This document shows positions 39,422 to 50,795 of a stretch of 64,000 nt of DNA, one piece after another; the first letter of the stretch is position 1; each line of letters starts with the position of its first letter. A model generated the notes under the pieces. The model ran no database searches. It was given only the letters and a program-made list of their open reading frames with translations, and was not told the origin of the DNA. Where the stretch lies: positions 678 to 64,677 of the forward strand of contig VGWJ01000011.1 of the NCBI GenBank assembly GCA_016873635.1, written 5' to 3'. The DNA is from Lentisphaerota bacterium. GTDB taxonomy: Bacteria > Verrucomicrobiota > Kiritimatiellia > UBA8416 > VGWJ01. The translations under genes were made by a program, and so were the position numbers.

Positions 39422-40563
39422 GGGCGATCCGCATGACCGTGCGACCGTCAGGTGCACAAGGGCTTTCCGGAAGCGCAAGGAAAGGCGAGGCTCCGACCCT
39501 GCCCGTCCGTGCGCCCGTCGCGGGTGGGGCGCGCGCGCCGCACGCGCCTCTCTTCCTTGCCCCGGCATTCTGCCTCGCGCTGTTTCTCCCCGCCTGTCGC
39601 AACGGAACACCGCCCAAGGGCGCCGCCCCCGGCATTCTTACCCGCGAGGCCGGACGCGGGCCCGTGCGCGCCGTGGTCGCCGCCGCGCCTTCCCCGTTCC
39701 GCTACGAGTCCGATGTCCTCCTGACCCTGACCGTCAGCGCGCCGGCCGGCGTGGACGTCGTTCTGCCGCCGCTCGAAGACCGCCTGCAGGGCTTCGCGCT
39801 GAACGGATCGTTCAGCGACGAGCCGCGCGCGGCGCCGGACGGCGCCGTCAGCCGCGCCCATCACTTCCGGCTGACGCCCGTGGTTGCGCCGCGCCATCGC
39901 GTGGCGCCTATTCCCGTGACCTACACCGACCGCCGCACCGCCCCGCCCGCGACAGGCTGGTTCCCGACGCCGCCCCTGACGCTGGAGGCGGCCCCGGCCG
40001 CGCCGGGCGCGCCGGGCGCGGATATTGCCGGCGATCTGCGTCCCGTGCGCATCGCCCCTTCGCCGCGCGCTTTCCTGCTGCCGGCGGTGGTCGCCGCCGC
40101 GGCCGCGGCCGCGCTCGCCGGCGCCTTCCTGCTCGCGCGCCGGCTGCGCCGAAGCGCCGCCCTGCGCCGGCTCTCGCCGCGCGAGCGCGCGCTGCGCGAG
40201 CTCGACGCGCTGCTGGCCCGCGACCTCGTGGCCGCCGGCCGGATCAAGGACTTCTACGTGGAGCTCACCATGGTCGTCCGCCGCTACATCGAACGCGCCC
40301 ACGGCATCCGGGCCCCCGAACAGACCACCGAGGAGTTCCTGGCGGCGGCGGCCGGCAACGCCCGCTTTGCGGCGCGCGTCGTAGCGACGCTGCGCGAATT
40401 CCTGCAGGCCGCGGACCTGGTCAAGTTCGCCGCCTACCGGCCCGGGCGCCCCGCCGTCGACAGCGCCGTTTCCACGGCCCGGGCCTACATCGAAACCGAC
40501 GCGGCGGCGGCGAACGGGCCGCGGGCCGCCGACAACCGACCACCGACAACCGACAACCGATAA
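39418..40563 (+). CDS. Bat-operon membrane/lipoprotein (DUF4381-like)
   Basis: FLPAC lipobox-like segment, TM, EQTTEEFL and ADLVKFA; start uncertain. Confidence 0.7.
   Translation: MRAIRMTVRPSGAQGLSGSARKGEAPTLPVRAPVAGGARAPHAPLFLAPAFCLALFLPACRNGTPPKGAAPGILTREAGRGPVRAVVAAAPSPFRYESDVLLTLTVSAPAGVDVVLPPLEDRLQGFALNGSFSDEPRAAPDGAVSRAHHFRLTPVVAPRHRVAPIPVTYTDRRTAPPATGWFPTPPLTLEAAPAAPGAPGADIAGDLRPVRIAPSPRAFLLPAVVAAAAAAALAGAFLLARRLRRSAALRRLSPRERALRELDALLARDLVAAGRIKDFYVELTMVVRRYIERAHGIRAPEQTTEEFLAAAAGNARFAARVVATLREFLQAADLVKFAAYRPGRPAVDSAVSTARAYIETDAAAANGPRAADNRPPTTDNR
39483..39548. repeat. GTRG-type REP pair; empty form lacking the 33-bp insert
   Basis: GGTGGGGCGCGCGCGCCGCACGCGCC at 39523-39548 aligns with the filled REPs at 52854 and 61096. 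Confidence 0.65.
40529..40563 (+). repeat. Heptamer tandem repeat CCGAC(A/C)A x5 ending in the stop codon
   Basis: ccgacaa ccgacca ccgacaa ccgacaa ccgataa. Confidence 0.85.
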
Positions 40564-40567
40564 ACCT

Positions 40568-41614
40568 ATGTTCCGTTTCGCCAATCCTGTCTTCTTTGCG
40601 CTGTTCGCGCCCCTGGCGCTGGCGGCATGGTTTGTGTTCCGCAGGCGGCGCAGCTCCGGACTGCTCTTCGCGCCCGTCCATCGCCTCGCCGGCGCCGGCG
40701 GCACCTGGCGCGCGCGCGCCGCCGCCGTTCTTCCCGCATGCTTCCTGGCGGGCCTGGCCCTGGCCGTCATCGCCCTGGCGCGGCCGCAGACGCTCCTCTC
40801 GCGTTCCCCGCGCACCGCCGACGCCATTGCGGTTGAGATGGTGGTCGACGTCTCCGGCTCGATGGAGGCGCTGGACATGTCCGACGGCGCCGGCGGCGGC
40901 GGGCGCTTCCGCACCCGGCTGGACGCGGTCAAGGAGACGTTCGCCGAGTTCGTGCGGGCGCGGCCCGACGATCTGATCGGCCTGGTGACGTTCGGCGGCT
41001 TCGCCGCCACCCGCGCGCCTCTGACCGCGGACCACGAGGCCCTGCTGCACGTGCTGGAAGGCGTCGAGATACCGTCACGACAGTACGACGACGCGCGGCG
41101 GATCCTGAACCAGGAAGAGCTCCTCACCGCCGTCGGCGACGCGCTGGCCACGGCCTGCGCCCGGCTCGAACACGCCGCAACCGCGTCCAGGATCATCGTG
41201 CTGCTCAGCGACGGCGAGTCGAACACGGGCCTGATCGAGCCCGCCGCCGCCGTGCGCATGGCCGAGAAGATGGGGGTGCGCGTATACACCATCGGCGTGG
41301 GCACCACCGGCCAGGCGCCGTTCCTGGGCCGCGACGCCTTCGGACGCCAGGTCGTGTACCGCGCTTTCGTCACGCTGGACGAGGAGCTGCTGCGCGACGT
41401 CGCGAAGAAGACGGGCGGCCGCTACTTCAACGTCCGCGATCCGAACGGCCTGCAAACCGCGCTGGGCGAGATCGACCGCCTGGAAAAAACGCGGATCGAG
41501 CGCGAGCTGTACGAGCGCTACAACGAGCTGTTTCCGCGTTTCCTCGTTCCGGCCGCGGCTCTGGCGGCTCTCGGCGCCGCGTTGAACGTCGGCGTGGCAA
41601 GGAGAATCGTGTGA
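40568..41614 (+). CDS. batA: BatA-like VWA protein
   Basis: FRFANP, LARPQ, DVSGSM MIDAS, LSDGESN, TGGRYF. Confidence 0.88.
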   Translation: MFRFANPVFFALFAPLALAAWFVFRRRRSSGLLFAPVHRLAGAGGTWRARAAAVLPACFLAGLALAVIALARPQTLLSRSPRTADAIAVEMVVDVSGSMEALDMSDGAGGGGRFRTRLDAVKETFAEFVRARPDDLIGLVTFGGFAATRAPLTADHEALLHVLEGVEIPSRQYDDARRILNQEELLTAVGDALATACARLEHAATASRIIVLLSDGESNTGLIEPAAAVRMAEKMGVRVYTIGVGTTGQAPFLGRDAFGRQVVYRAFVTLDEELLRDVAKKTGGRYFNVRDPNGLQTALGEIDRLEKTRIERELYERYNELFPRFLVPAAALAALGAALNVGVARRIV

Positions 41615-44361
41615 ACCTGCAGTTCGCCAACCCGACGGCGCTGTTGCTGCTGTGGATCGTGCCGCTGGCCGCCGCCGCGTGGATGTGGTCCGCGCGCCGG
41701 CGCGAGACGCGCCTGGCGCGCCTGGTCTCGGCCCGCATGCAGCGCAAGCTGCGGCCGCCGTCCGCCGCCGCCCGCGCGGCCTGGCAGACCGCCCTGACGG
41801 CCATGGGCCTGGTGCTGGCGCTGGCGGCCGCGGCCCGGCCGCGCTGGGGCGCGCGCGAGGAAACCGTGTATGCCCGCGGCCGCAGCCTGATCATCGCCGT
41901 GGACGTGTCGCGGTCCATGCTCGCGGCCGACGTGCATCCCAGCCGCCTGGAACGGGCCAAGGCCGACGTTCTGGACCTGGTCAGGGAGCTGCGCGGCGAC
42001 CGCGCCGGCCTGATCGCCTTCCGCCACAAGGCCGCGCTGCTGTGCCCGCTGACGACGGACTACGCCTTCCTCGCCCAGGCGGTTGACGCCATGGACATCG
42101 ACTCCGCCCCGCGCGGGGCGACGGACATTGCCGACGCCATCCTCAAGGCCCTCGACGCCTTCAGGGAGGAGGAGGGTTCGCATCGGGCAGTCGTGCTCAT
42201 TTCCGACGGGGAGGACCTCACCGGCAGGGCGCTTTCCGCGGCGGAAGAGGCCGGCCGGCGGGGCGTTCCCATCTTCACCGTGGGGCTGGGCAACCGCGAG
42301 GGGACGCACATTCCCGACGAGCAGGGGCGGTTCGTGACGTACCAGGGGGCGAACGTCGTTACGCGGCTCCAGCACGAGACCCTGCACGCCATCGCCACGG
42401 CCACGGGCGGCGCCTATGTGCCCGTGGAAACCGCCGGCATGACCACCGTGACCCTGGGCACGCTATACAGCGAACACCTCCGCCGGATCTCGGCGCAGGA
42501 ATCGCGGGAACGGCGGGAACTCACCCACGTGGAGCGCTACCAGCTGTTCCTGCTGCCCGCCGTGCTGGCTCTGCTCGGAGCGGCCTTCCTGAGCCGCGGC
42601 CGGCTCATGCGGTCGGCGGCGCCGCCGGCCGCGCCGTCGGCCTTGAAGGATCTCAACCCGCCACCGACGGCGCTGCGCGATATCAGCGGCGGCCAGGGCG
42701 CCCGGCCCGCGATTCCGGAACGCGCCCCGGCCCCGACCGAAGGGCGGGGCCACCCCTCCCGGGAGGGGACCGTCCGGTCCACTTCCTCTCTCCTGCCCCC
42801 TCCCCGGAGGGGCGCCGCCGCACCAGCGGCAGCGGGGTGGGTTCTCGCGTCCGCCTTGACCCTCGCCTTCCACGTCCGGGCGGAGACCAACGCCCCGCCC
42901 CCGTCCGTTCCGGCGGGACGCGAGGGCGGGCGCGCGGCCCAGGCCCTGTTCGACGCGGGCGACTATCCCGCGGCCGCCGCGGCCTACGAGCAGGCCGCCC
43001 GGGACGCCGGCGCTGAATTGCGGCGCGATCTGCGCTACAACGCGGCCGTGGCGTTGTACGAGGCGGGCAGGTTCGACGAGGCCGCCGCCAGACTCAGGGA
43101 CCTGGCCGCTTCGGACGACGCGGCCGGAACCTGCTCGGCGCTGGGAACGGCGCTGTATCGATCCGCGGAGCACAGCGCCACGAACGCGGCCGCGCGCGCC
43201 GCTCTCCTGCGCGAGGCCGGCGAAGCCTTCCGCCGCGCCGCGCGCGCCGCGCGCGACCCGGCCGGCCCCCGCCGCGATCTGGACGTGGTGCTCGACCGCT
43301 ATCCGCGGGCCGACGAAGAGGCCAGGATCGAGCGACTCATGGAGCAGCACGGCCGGAAGCCCGCCCACGAGATCGCCGGCGACATGCTCGCCGGCCAGCG
43401 CGACGTGCTCGCCGCCTTGCGCGCCGCCGCCACAAACGACAGCCCCTCCCGCGTCGGACAGATGGAGCGCGCCGCCGAGCGACAGGCCGCCGCGGCCGAC
43501 CTGTGGATCCCGCTGAAGAGCAAGCTGCTCGCGGAAAACCGGGACCCCGACAAGCAGGCGGTGCTGGCCGACGTTATCGAGAGCACGCGCGACCAGATGC
43601 TCGCCGCCGCCGATGTCCTGCGCGACCTGGACGACGCGCGCGCCGCGGCCGCGGCCGACGCCTCGGGCCGCCGCGTGTACGAGTTCTGGAAGAGCGTCGC
43701 GCCCTACGCGCCCCTGCTGGATGAGGATCTCTGGCGGCAGACCAACACGCTCGCGGCCGTGGACGCCGAACCCGTCAACGGTCAGGCCCTCCGGGAAGCG
43801 CAGTCCGACCAGGCGGAAGCCCGCGAGCTGACGCGCCTCTTCGGCGAGCGCTTCGCCGCCGCCGTCCCCGAGGGCGGCGAGCCGGACGGCGACGGGACCA
43901 ACGCCGCGCCGCGCATTACCGCCGAGACAAGGCAGAAAATACTCAACCTGGCCGAGCAGGCGGCCGCGGCGCAGGAAACGGCCGCCGCGGCTCTGGAGCG
44001 CTCCGCGATCGCCGACGCCCGGCCGGAACAGCGCCGCGCCGCCGTGATTCTGCAGGAAATCCGCGACCTGCTGCCCAAGGACCGCGGGCAGGCCCAGCAG
44101 GAACAACCGCAGCAGGATCAATCGGACAAGTCGGACAAGTCGGACCAGCCCGACCTCCAGCCGCAGGAGCAGCCGGCCGAACAGCCGCGGGAGCAGCCCG
44201 CGGAGAAGCCCGGACAACCCGAACCCAAGCCGGGCGAACTCTCCCGGAAAGAGCTGGAACGTTTGCTGGAAAAGGCCTTGCGGCGCGAGAAAGAACACGA
44301 AGACGAGCTGCGCCAACGCATCCGCCGGATTCCGATGTCGCCGTCGGAAAGGGATTGGTAG
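41611..44361 (+). CDS. batB: BatB VWA::BatC-like TPR fusion
   Basis: ARPRWG, DVSRSM, PLTTDY, ISDGED; TPR region, Q-rich linker, terminal DW; in-frame repeat insertion at the domain junction. Confidence 0.82.
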   Translation: MNLQFANPTALLLLWIVPLAAAAWMWSARRRETRLARLVSARMQRKLRPPSAAARAAWQTALTAMGLVLALAAAARPRWGAREETVYARGRSLIIAVDVSRSMLAADVHPSRLERAKADVLDLVRELRGDRAGLIAFRHKAALLCPLTTDYAFLAQAVDAMDIDSAPRGATDIADAILKALDAFREEEGSHRAVVLISDGEDLTGRALSAAEEAGRRGVPIFTVGLGNREGTHIPDEQGRFVTYQGANVVTRLQHETLHAIATATGGAYVPVETAGMTTVTLGTLYSEHLRRISAQESRERRELTHVERYQLFLLPAVLALLGAAFLSRGRLMRSAAPPAAPSALKDLNPPPTALRDISGGQGARPAIPERAPAPTEGRGHPSREGTVRSTSSLLPPPRRGAAAPAAAGWVLASALTLAFHVRAETNAPPPSVPAGREGGRAAQALFDAGDYPAAAAAYEQAARDAGAELRRDLRYNAAVALYEAGRFDEAAARLRDLAASDDAAGTCSALGTALYRSAEHSATNAAARAALLREAGEAFRRAARAARDPAGPRRDLDVVLDRYPRADEEARIERLMEQHGRKPAHEIAGDMLAGQRDVLAALRAAATNDSPSRVGQMERAAERQAAAADLWIPLKSKLLAENRDPDKQAVLADVIESTRDQMLAAADVLRDLDDARAAAAADASGRRVYEFWKSVAPYAPLLDEDLWRQTNTLAAVDAEPVNGQALREAQSDQAEARELTRLFGERFAAAVPEGGEPDGDGTNAAPRITAETRQKILNLAEQAAAAQETAAAALERSAIADARPEQRRAAVILQEIRDLLPKDRGQAQQEQPQQDQSDKSDKSDQPDLQPQEQPAEQPREQPAEKPGQPEPKPGELSRKELERLLEKALRREKEHEDELRQRIRRIPMSPSERDW
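42708..42844. repeat. CACCCCTCCC/GGAGGGG REP-like element, in frame in batB
   Basis: One direct plus one inverted unit, matching copies at 47160 and 56826. Confidence 0.75.
44122..44155 (+). repeat. Nonamer tandem repeat TCGGAC(A/C)AG in batB linker
   Basis: Encodes SDK SDK SDQ PD. Confidence 0.6.
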
Positions 44362-44413
44362 TTGTGGAGCAATCGGAACGATTCGGCTCCGGGCTCAGGC
44401 ACGGACGTTCGCC

Positions 44414-47113
44414 ATGCACAGGCACCGGGCAAGCAATACGTTGACGGATCAGCGACCATGCGTGGTCCGGTCGCAGTCGGTCACCCGGGGAGCGGACCGG
44501 CTCAAGCCCATGCTCGTCGGCGTCTTCATTTCCGCTTTCATCCTCCTGTCCGCCGCCGGCGCCGCCGCCGACCTCTCGCTCGAGGTTTCCGCCGACCGCA
44601 ATCGCATCTACCTCGGCGAAGCGGTGATCCTCACGGTCAGCGTTAACGGCGACATAAACCCCCCCGAACCGGATCTTTCAGGCATCCAGGGCGCCGCGGT
44701 GCGCCCGCTCGGCAGCCAGGCCCACAGCTTCACCAGCGCAAGCTTCGCCAACGGGCGCTTGCAGCGAACCAGCGTGGTCGGACGCAAGTTCACCTACGCC
44801 GTCGCCCCGGCTGCCGCCGGGCGGTTCACGGCGGGACCCGTCGTTCTGGAGACCGACGGCCGTACGCTGCGCGAGGAAGGGCCGGTTGTCGAAGTGGTGG
44901 GCGTGGCGGCGCAGAACGACGTCCTCGTCTCCGTGCGCGCTTCGCGCGAAACCGTGCTCGTGGATGAGCCGTTCGACATCGTTCTCGCCGTGGCCGTCCG
45001 GCAGCTGCCCGGCGAATACGCGCCGCGCGAGCCGCTGGACGGCGCCGCCCCGCCGGCCCTGAACGTCCCTTACCTGGCACAGACGCCCGACGGCCTGGAC
45101 GGCCCCGATCTCGAAGCGGTTCTGCGGCGTCTGCACGAGCCGCGCGGCGACCGCCCCGGTTTTTCCATCAACGACATTCCCGCGCGCCAGGATCCCTTCG
45201 ACCCGGACGGCTTCTTCGGCGGCGGGATGGACGACTTCTTCCGGCCCCGCCCCGCACGGTTCCGCCTGGAACAAAGAGTCGTGGAGAAGGACTCCGGCTC
45301 ATACGTCGCGTACAGCCTGGCGCTGCGTTACGTGCCCCGAAAGGAAGGCGACTACACTTTCGGGCCGGTCACGTTCAAGGGTCCGATCGTTGCCGCGACC
45401 GACCGTGGCGCGCAGCTTGTGCGGCAGGGCTTCTTCGCGGTCGGCCCGGCCTGCACGGTGCGCGTCGTGCCGCCTCCCGAGGAGGGCCGCCCTCCCACTT
45501 TCATCGGCGCGGTGGGCGCCGGCATGGCGGCCGAGGCGGCGCTGGACGCGCAGACGTGCAACGTCGGCGATCCCCTCAAGCTCACGCTGCGCGTCTCGGG
45601 CGGCGTGAACACGGAAAACGTACGCCCGCCGGTCCTCGCCGCGCAGACCAACCTCACGCGCCTGTTCCGGACTTATGACGGCACCGTGCAGACGGCGTCG
45701 CGCGACGGGGCCAAGGAATTCACTTACACGGTCCGGCCCGTCACGCCGGGCACCATCGAGCTGCCGCCCGTCGCGCTTTCCTACTACAATTCCGAGCGCC
45801 GCGCCTACGAGACGGTGCTGACAAGACCCGTTCCGCTGCGCGTGAACGAGACGGCGCAGGTGGGCTACGAGATGGTCATAGCCGCGGGCACCAACGGCCC
45901 CGGGCGCGAAGCGGCGGCGGCGCCGCGCGTAATGGCTCCGCTTGACGTCAGCCCGGAGGGGGCCGTCCCGGTCGCCCTGGGTCTGCGCGCCTGGCAGCGA
46001 ACCGTGTGCCTGCTGAGCCCGATCGCGTATTTCCTGGGGCTGGCCTGGCGCGCGCTCCGCGCGCCGCTCGCGGCCTTCCGCGCGCGCCGGCGGCGCGGCG
46101 GAGCGCTGGGCGCGGCGCTGGACGCGCTGCGCGAGGCCGGCGCGGCCGGCGGCGACGATCCGCATGCGGCCGCCCGGCTCGTCTGCCGGGCCGTGTCCGG
46201 CTACCTCGCGCGCCGCTTCGACGTGCGGGGCGAAGGCATGACGCCGGCCGACGCCGTCGAGCTTCTGCGGCAGCGCGGCGCGCCCGCCGAAATCGTCGCG
46301 GAATTCGAGCGCCTACACCGGCGCGGTTTCGAGGCCGCGTACGCGGCGCGCGCGGAAGCTTCCTACGCGGCGCGCGACGAGACCGCGTTGGCCGACCGGA
46401 CGCTGCGCCGGCTGGATAAAGCGCTCGGCGTCCGCCGCCGGCGCTCCGCGCGCGCAACCGCGGCCCCCGCGCTGCTCGTGCTTGCGCTGCTGACCCGCAA
46501 CGCCTCCGGCCTCGGCGAAACCGAACGGCGTTTCAGGTGGAACGAAGCCAACGCCGCCCTGGCGGCCGCGGCCACGCCGGAGGAAGCGCTCGCCGCCGCG
46601 CGCAAGTACCGCGAACTGGCGGCGGACGGCGTCAGGAACGGGCCGCTCTTCTACAACTGCGGCACGGCCATGCTGCGCGCCCGGCGCTATGACGAAGCCG
46701 TCGCCCTGCTGCTGCGGGCGGAACGGTATTGCGGGAGCAACGACGAGATCAAACGCAACATGCTGCTGGCGATTGCGGCGCGCGACGGCAGCGACGACGC
46801 CGCGCTGCCCTGGTATCGCGGCCTGCTCTTCTGGCACTACGACCTGGGCATCTCCACGCGCATCGCCATCGCTGTCCTGGCGTTCGCGGCGGTCTGGCCC
46901 GCTCTGCTGGCCCGGGCATTCGGGCGGGCGCGCATCGCCGCGCCCCTGCTGACGACGGCCCTGGCGGTCCTCATCGTCTTCGGCAGCAGCGCGCTTGCCA
47001 CGCTGCACCAGGAGCGCAGCGAGCGCCTGAACCCGGTGGCCGTGGCGGACGAGGCGGAGGCCGCGCCGAAAGCGGGCGCGGGAGCCGGGGAGGAGGTCGC
47101 ATCGAAGCCATGA
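44414..47113 (+). CDS. batD: BatD::BatE-like (TPR) fusion
   Basis: Signal peptide, Ig-like BatD repeats (FIGAVG, VGDPLKL), TM, LFYNCG TPR; alternative start 44510. Confidence 0.78.
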   Translation: MHRHRASNTLTDQRPCVVRSQSVTRGADRLKPMLVGVFISAFILLSAAGAAADLSLEVSADRNRIYLGEAVILTVSVNGDINPPEPDLSGIQGAAVRPLGSQAHSFTSASFANGRLQRTSVVGRKFTYAVAPAAAGRFTAGPVVLETDGRTLREEGPVVEVVGVAAQNDVLVSVRASRETVLVDEPFDIVLAVAVRQLPGEYAPREPLDGAAPPALNVPYLAQTPDGLDGPDLEAVLRRLHEPRGDRPGFSINDIPARQDPFDPDGFFGGGMDDFFRPRPARFRLEQRVVEKDSGSYVAYSLALRYVPRKEGDYTFGPVTFKGPIVAATDRGAQLVRQGFFAVGPACTVRVVPPPEEGRPPTFIGAVGAGMAAEAALDAQTCNVGDPLKLTLRVSGGVNTENVRPPVLAAQTNLTRLFRTYDGTVQTASRDGAKEFTYTVRPVTPGTIELPPVALSYYNSERRAYETVLTRPVPLRVNETAQVGYEMVIAAGTNGPGREAAAAPRVMAPLDVSPEGAVPVALGLRAWQRTVCLLSPIAYFLGLAWRALRAPLAAFRARRRRGGALGAALDALREAGAAGGDDPHAAARLVCRAVSGYLARRFDVRGEGMTPADAVELLRQRGAPAEIVAEFERLHRRGFEAAYAARAEASYAARDETALADRTLRRLDKALGVRRRRSARATAAPALLVLALLTRNASGLGETERRFRWNEANAALAAAATPEEALAAARKYRELAADGVRNGPLFYNCGTAMLRARRYDEAVALLLRAERYCGSNDEIKRNMLLAIAARDGSDDAALPWYRGLLFWHYDLGISTRIAIAVLAFAAVWPALLARAFGRARIAAPLLTTALAVLIVFGSSALATLHQERSERLNPVAVADEAEAAPKAGAGAGEEVASKP

Positions 47114-48567
47114 ATACGCGCGCCTTCTCTTCGTCCGGGGCGGGTCGCTGCGATTCCGGAACCCACCCCGGCCCCGCCCGGTGGGCGGGGGCACCCCTCC
47201 CGGGAGGGGAACCCACCCCGCCCCCGCTTCCAGCGGGGGCACCCCTCCCGGGAGGGGATTGTCCTGTTACCTGCCTCTCTCAGATCCCCTCCTCGGAGGG
47301 GTGCCGCCGCGCAGGCGGCGGCGGGGTGGGTCTTTTCTCCCTCGCCCTTTTCTCCGGCTTCGTCCTCCTCTTCACGCCGGCCGCGACGCGCGCCCAGTTC
47401 CCCGCGCCGCTGGTTGCGGCGGAACTCACGGCGGAACGCGCGGATATCTACGTCAACGAACATTTCAGCGTGGTTCTGGAGGTTCGCGCCGGCGGCGCGC
47501 CGATCCGCCCCAGCTTCAAGCTGACGTCCCTGCCTCCTCCCGGCGTGCTGACCTTCGACCAATTCCGCGAACTGCGGGCCGAACGCCGTATCGAGGATGG
47601 CCGCGCGGTGGATGTGCGACGCTTCCGGACCGCCGCCCGGGCGCCCGCGGCGGGCCCCGTCGAGGCAGCCCCGACGCTGATCGTGGAGTCCTTCATGCCG
47701 GGCCGCGCCTACGAAGTGCCCGTGACGCCGCTGCGCCTGAACGTGCGCGAACTGCCCGCCGAGGGAAGGCCCGACGATTTCTCGGGCGCGGTCGGCACAT
47801 TCCGCCTGGAGGCCGGCGTGACGCCGGCCGAGATTGTTCTGGGCGACCTGGTGACCGCGCGAATCACGGTCTCGGGCACGGGGCATTTTCCGGAGCGTGC
47901 GCCCGCCGTTGTTGCTGACGCGCCCGGCCTCTTCAAGATCTACGAGCCGTCACTCGTCTCCCGGGAGGAGAACAGGCTGGTCTATGAGCAGGTCATCGTG
48001 CCGCAGGGCACCAACGCCGCGGCGGTGCCGGCGGTGCGTTTGTCGTTTTTCGAGCCGCTGTCCGGCGCGTACGTCAACCTCAGCCAGGGACCCTTCCCCC
48101 TGACCTACGCGCCGAAACGCGAGGGCGCGGCCTTCGCGCGCTACCGCCCGGCGGAGCAAGCGGGCGTCGGCGACGCAAGGCGGCCGGGACGGACCGCGTC
48201 CCTGGGTTACGCCGCCCGCATGGCGCTGGCCGCCGTCGCCTATTGGATCCTCGCCGCGGGCGCCGCGTTCGCGGCGGCCGTGCGGGCCGCACGCAAGCGC
48301 GCCGCGGCGCTTGCGGCCCTGCTTGCGGCGGCGGCGCTGTTCGCGCCTTTCCGCGCGGGCCTGCGCGCCCTGCTCGCCCCGCCGCGGAACGCCGTCATGG
48401 CGCGCGACGCCACCGCCCGCTTCGCGCCGGCGCACGCGTCCGTCGCCGGGTTCGAGCTCTCCGCCGGCACGGCCGTGCGGCTCGTCGAAACGTCCGGCGA
48501 CTGGGCCAAGATCGAGTCCCGGGGCAATCGCGGCTGGGTGCCGCGCGCGAGCCTCGAGGCGCGGTGA
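47110..48567 (+). CDS. BatD-like protein with C-terminal SH3-like domain
   Basis: ATGA overlap and GAGGAGG RBS; FSGAVG; C-terminal GDWAKI...RGWVP. Confidence 0.75.
   Translation: MNTRAFSSSGAGRCDSGTHPGPARWAGAPLPGGEPTPPPLPAGAPLPGGDCPVTCLSQIPSSEGCRRAGGGGVGLFSLALFSGFVLLFTPAATRAQFPAPLVAAELTAERADIYVNEHFSVVLEVRAGGAPIRPSFKLTSLPPPGVLTFDQFRELRAERRIEDGRAVDVRRFRTAARAPAAGPVEAAPTLIVESFMPGRAYEVPVTPLRLNVRELPAEGRPDDFSGAVGTFRLEAGVTPAEIVLGDLVTARITVSGTGHFPERAPAVVADAPGLFKIYEPSLVSREENRLVYEQVIVPQGTNAAAVPAVRLSFFEPLSGAYVNLSQGPFPLTYAPKREGAAFARYRPAEQAGVGDARRPGRTASLGYAARMALAAVAYWILAAGAAFAAAVRAARKRAAALAALLAAAALFAPFRAGLRALLAPPRNAVMARDATARFAPAHASVAGFELSAGTAVRLVETSGDWAKIESRGNRGWVPRASLEAR
47160..47331. repeat. CACCCCTCCC/GGAGGGG REP-like composite, in frame in N-terminus
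   Basis: Two direct ACCCACCCCG-hairpin-CACCCCTCCCGGGAGGGGA units plus one inverted unit. Confidence 0.85.
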
Positions 48568-48748
48568 AGCGGCTGCCGTAACAGCCTGCCGCGCGTCTTT
48601 CGTTTGCACCGCGCCGCGTCCCGGCCGTCGAAACCGGTCACCCGCGCCGCGGACACCGCCCTCCCCTGTTTCACCGGCCCGGCGTCAGGGCCGTTCCCCG
48701 CTTTTTGTTTTGAAAACCGCCCCTGGCAAGGTATCCTGAGAGGTTGCG

Positions 48749-48970
48749 ATGAAGTTTGCCGTACGCATTGACTCGGAACGCTGTAAGGGTTGTGAGCTCT
48801 GCATTTCCGTCTGCCCCGAGAAGGTGCTGGCCATGTGCGGGAAGCTCAACGCGCGCGGTCAGCATTTTCCGGAAGTCGTCAAAGCCGAGGCCTGCACCGG
48901 CTGTGCCCGCTGCGCCGTAATATGCCCCGACACGGCCATCCGGATTGACGCGGAGGAGGATGACCGATGA
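48749..48970 (+). CDS. 2-oxoacid:ferredoxin oxidoreductase delta subunit (2x[4Fe-4S])
   Basis: [12 protein letters not shown] and [12 protein letters not shown]. Confidence 0.9.
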   Translation: MKFAVRIDSERCKGCELCISVCPEKVLAMCGKLNARGQHFPEVVKAEACTGCARCAVICPDTAIRIDAEEDDR

Positions 48971-50036
48971 CCGTGGGCCGGGCAGCGCCGCGCGTGCTCA
49001 TGACGGGCAACGAGGCCATGGCTGAAGGCGCCATCCGCGCCGGGTGCGACGCCTACTACGGCTACCCCATCACCCCGCAGAACGAGTTCACGGCCTACAT
49101 GGCCCGGCACATGCCGGCGCGCGGGCGCGTGTTCATCCAGGCCGAAAGCGAAATCGCCGCGATCAACATGGTCTTCGGAACCGCCGTGGCCGGCAAGCGG
49201 GCCATGACCAGCTCCTCCTCGCCCGGCATCAGCCTCAAGCAGGAGGGTATCTCCTACCTGGCGGGCGCCGAACTGCCTGCCGTCATCGCCAATATCCAGC
49301 GCGGCGGTCCCGGGCTGGGCAATATCGCGCCGGCGCAAGCCGACTACTTCCAGGCGGTCAAAGGCGGAGGGCACGGGGACTATCACCAGGTTGTGCTGGC
49401 GCCGTGGTCGGTGCAGGAAATGCACGACCTGGCGGTCCTGGCTTTCGACCTCGCGGATCGCTACCGCACTCCCGTGCTGCTTCTGGCGGACGGACGGCTC
49501 GGCCAGATGATGGAACCGGTGACGCTCTACGAAGGTCCGCCGCCGCCGGTTCCGCCGAAGCCCTGGGCGTTGACGGGCGCCGCCGGCCGCGCCCCCAACA
49601 TGATCCGGTCGCTGTATCTCGCCGAAACCGATCTCGAACAGGTCAACATCAGGCTGCAGGCCATGTACCGTCGCATCATTGCCAACGAAGTCCGCTGGGA
49701 GGAGCAGGCCACGGACGATTGCGACCTGCTGATCGTCGCCTACGGCACCAGCGCCCGCATCGCCGCCGGCGCGGCAAGCGCCGCCGCCGCAAACGGCCTG
49801 CGGGTCGGGCTCCTGCGCCCGGTGACGCTCTGGCCTTTCCCCTCCGCGCGCCTGGCCGAGCTCGCCGGGCGCGTGAGCGGCGTGCTGGTCGTCGAAATGA
49901 GCAGCGGACAGATGCTGGAAGACGTGCGCCTCGCGGTCGAGGGGCGCGTGCCCGTTCATTTTGAAGGGCGCATGGGCGGAATCGTGCCCACCGAGAAGGA
50001 CGTTCTGCTGGCCCTTTCCGGAATCCGTAACAAGCC

Positions 50037-50040
<4 letters not shown>
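48967..50040 (+). CDS. vorB: 2-oxoacid:ferredoxin oxidoreductase alpha subunit (VorB-like)
   Basis: [35 protein letters not shown]. Confidence 0.88.
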
Positions 50041-50787
<747 letters not shown>

Positions 50788-50795
<8 letters not shown>

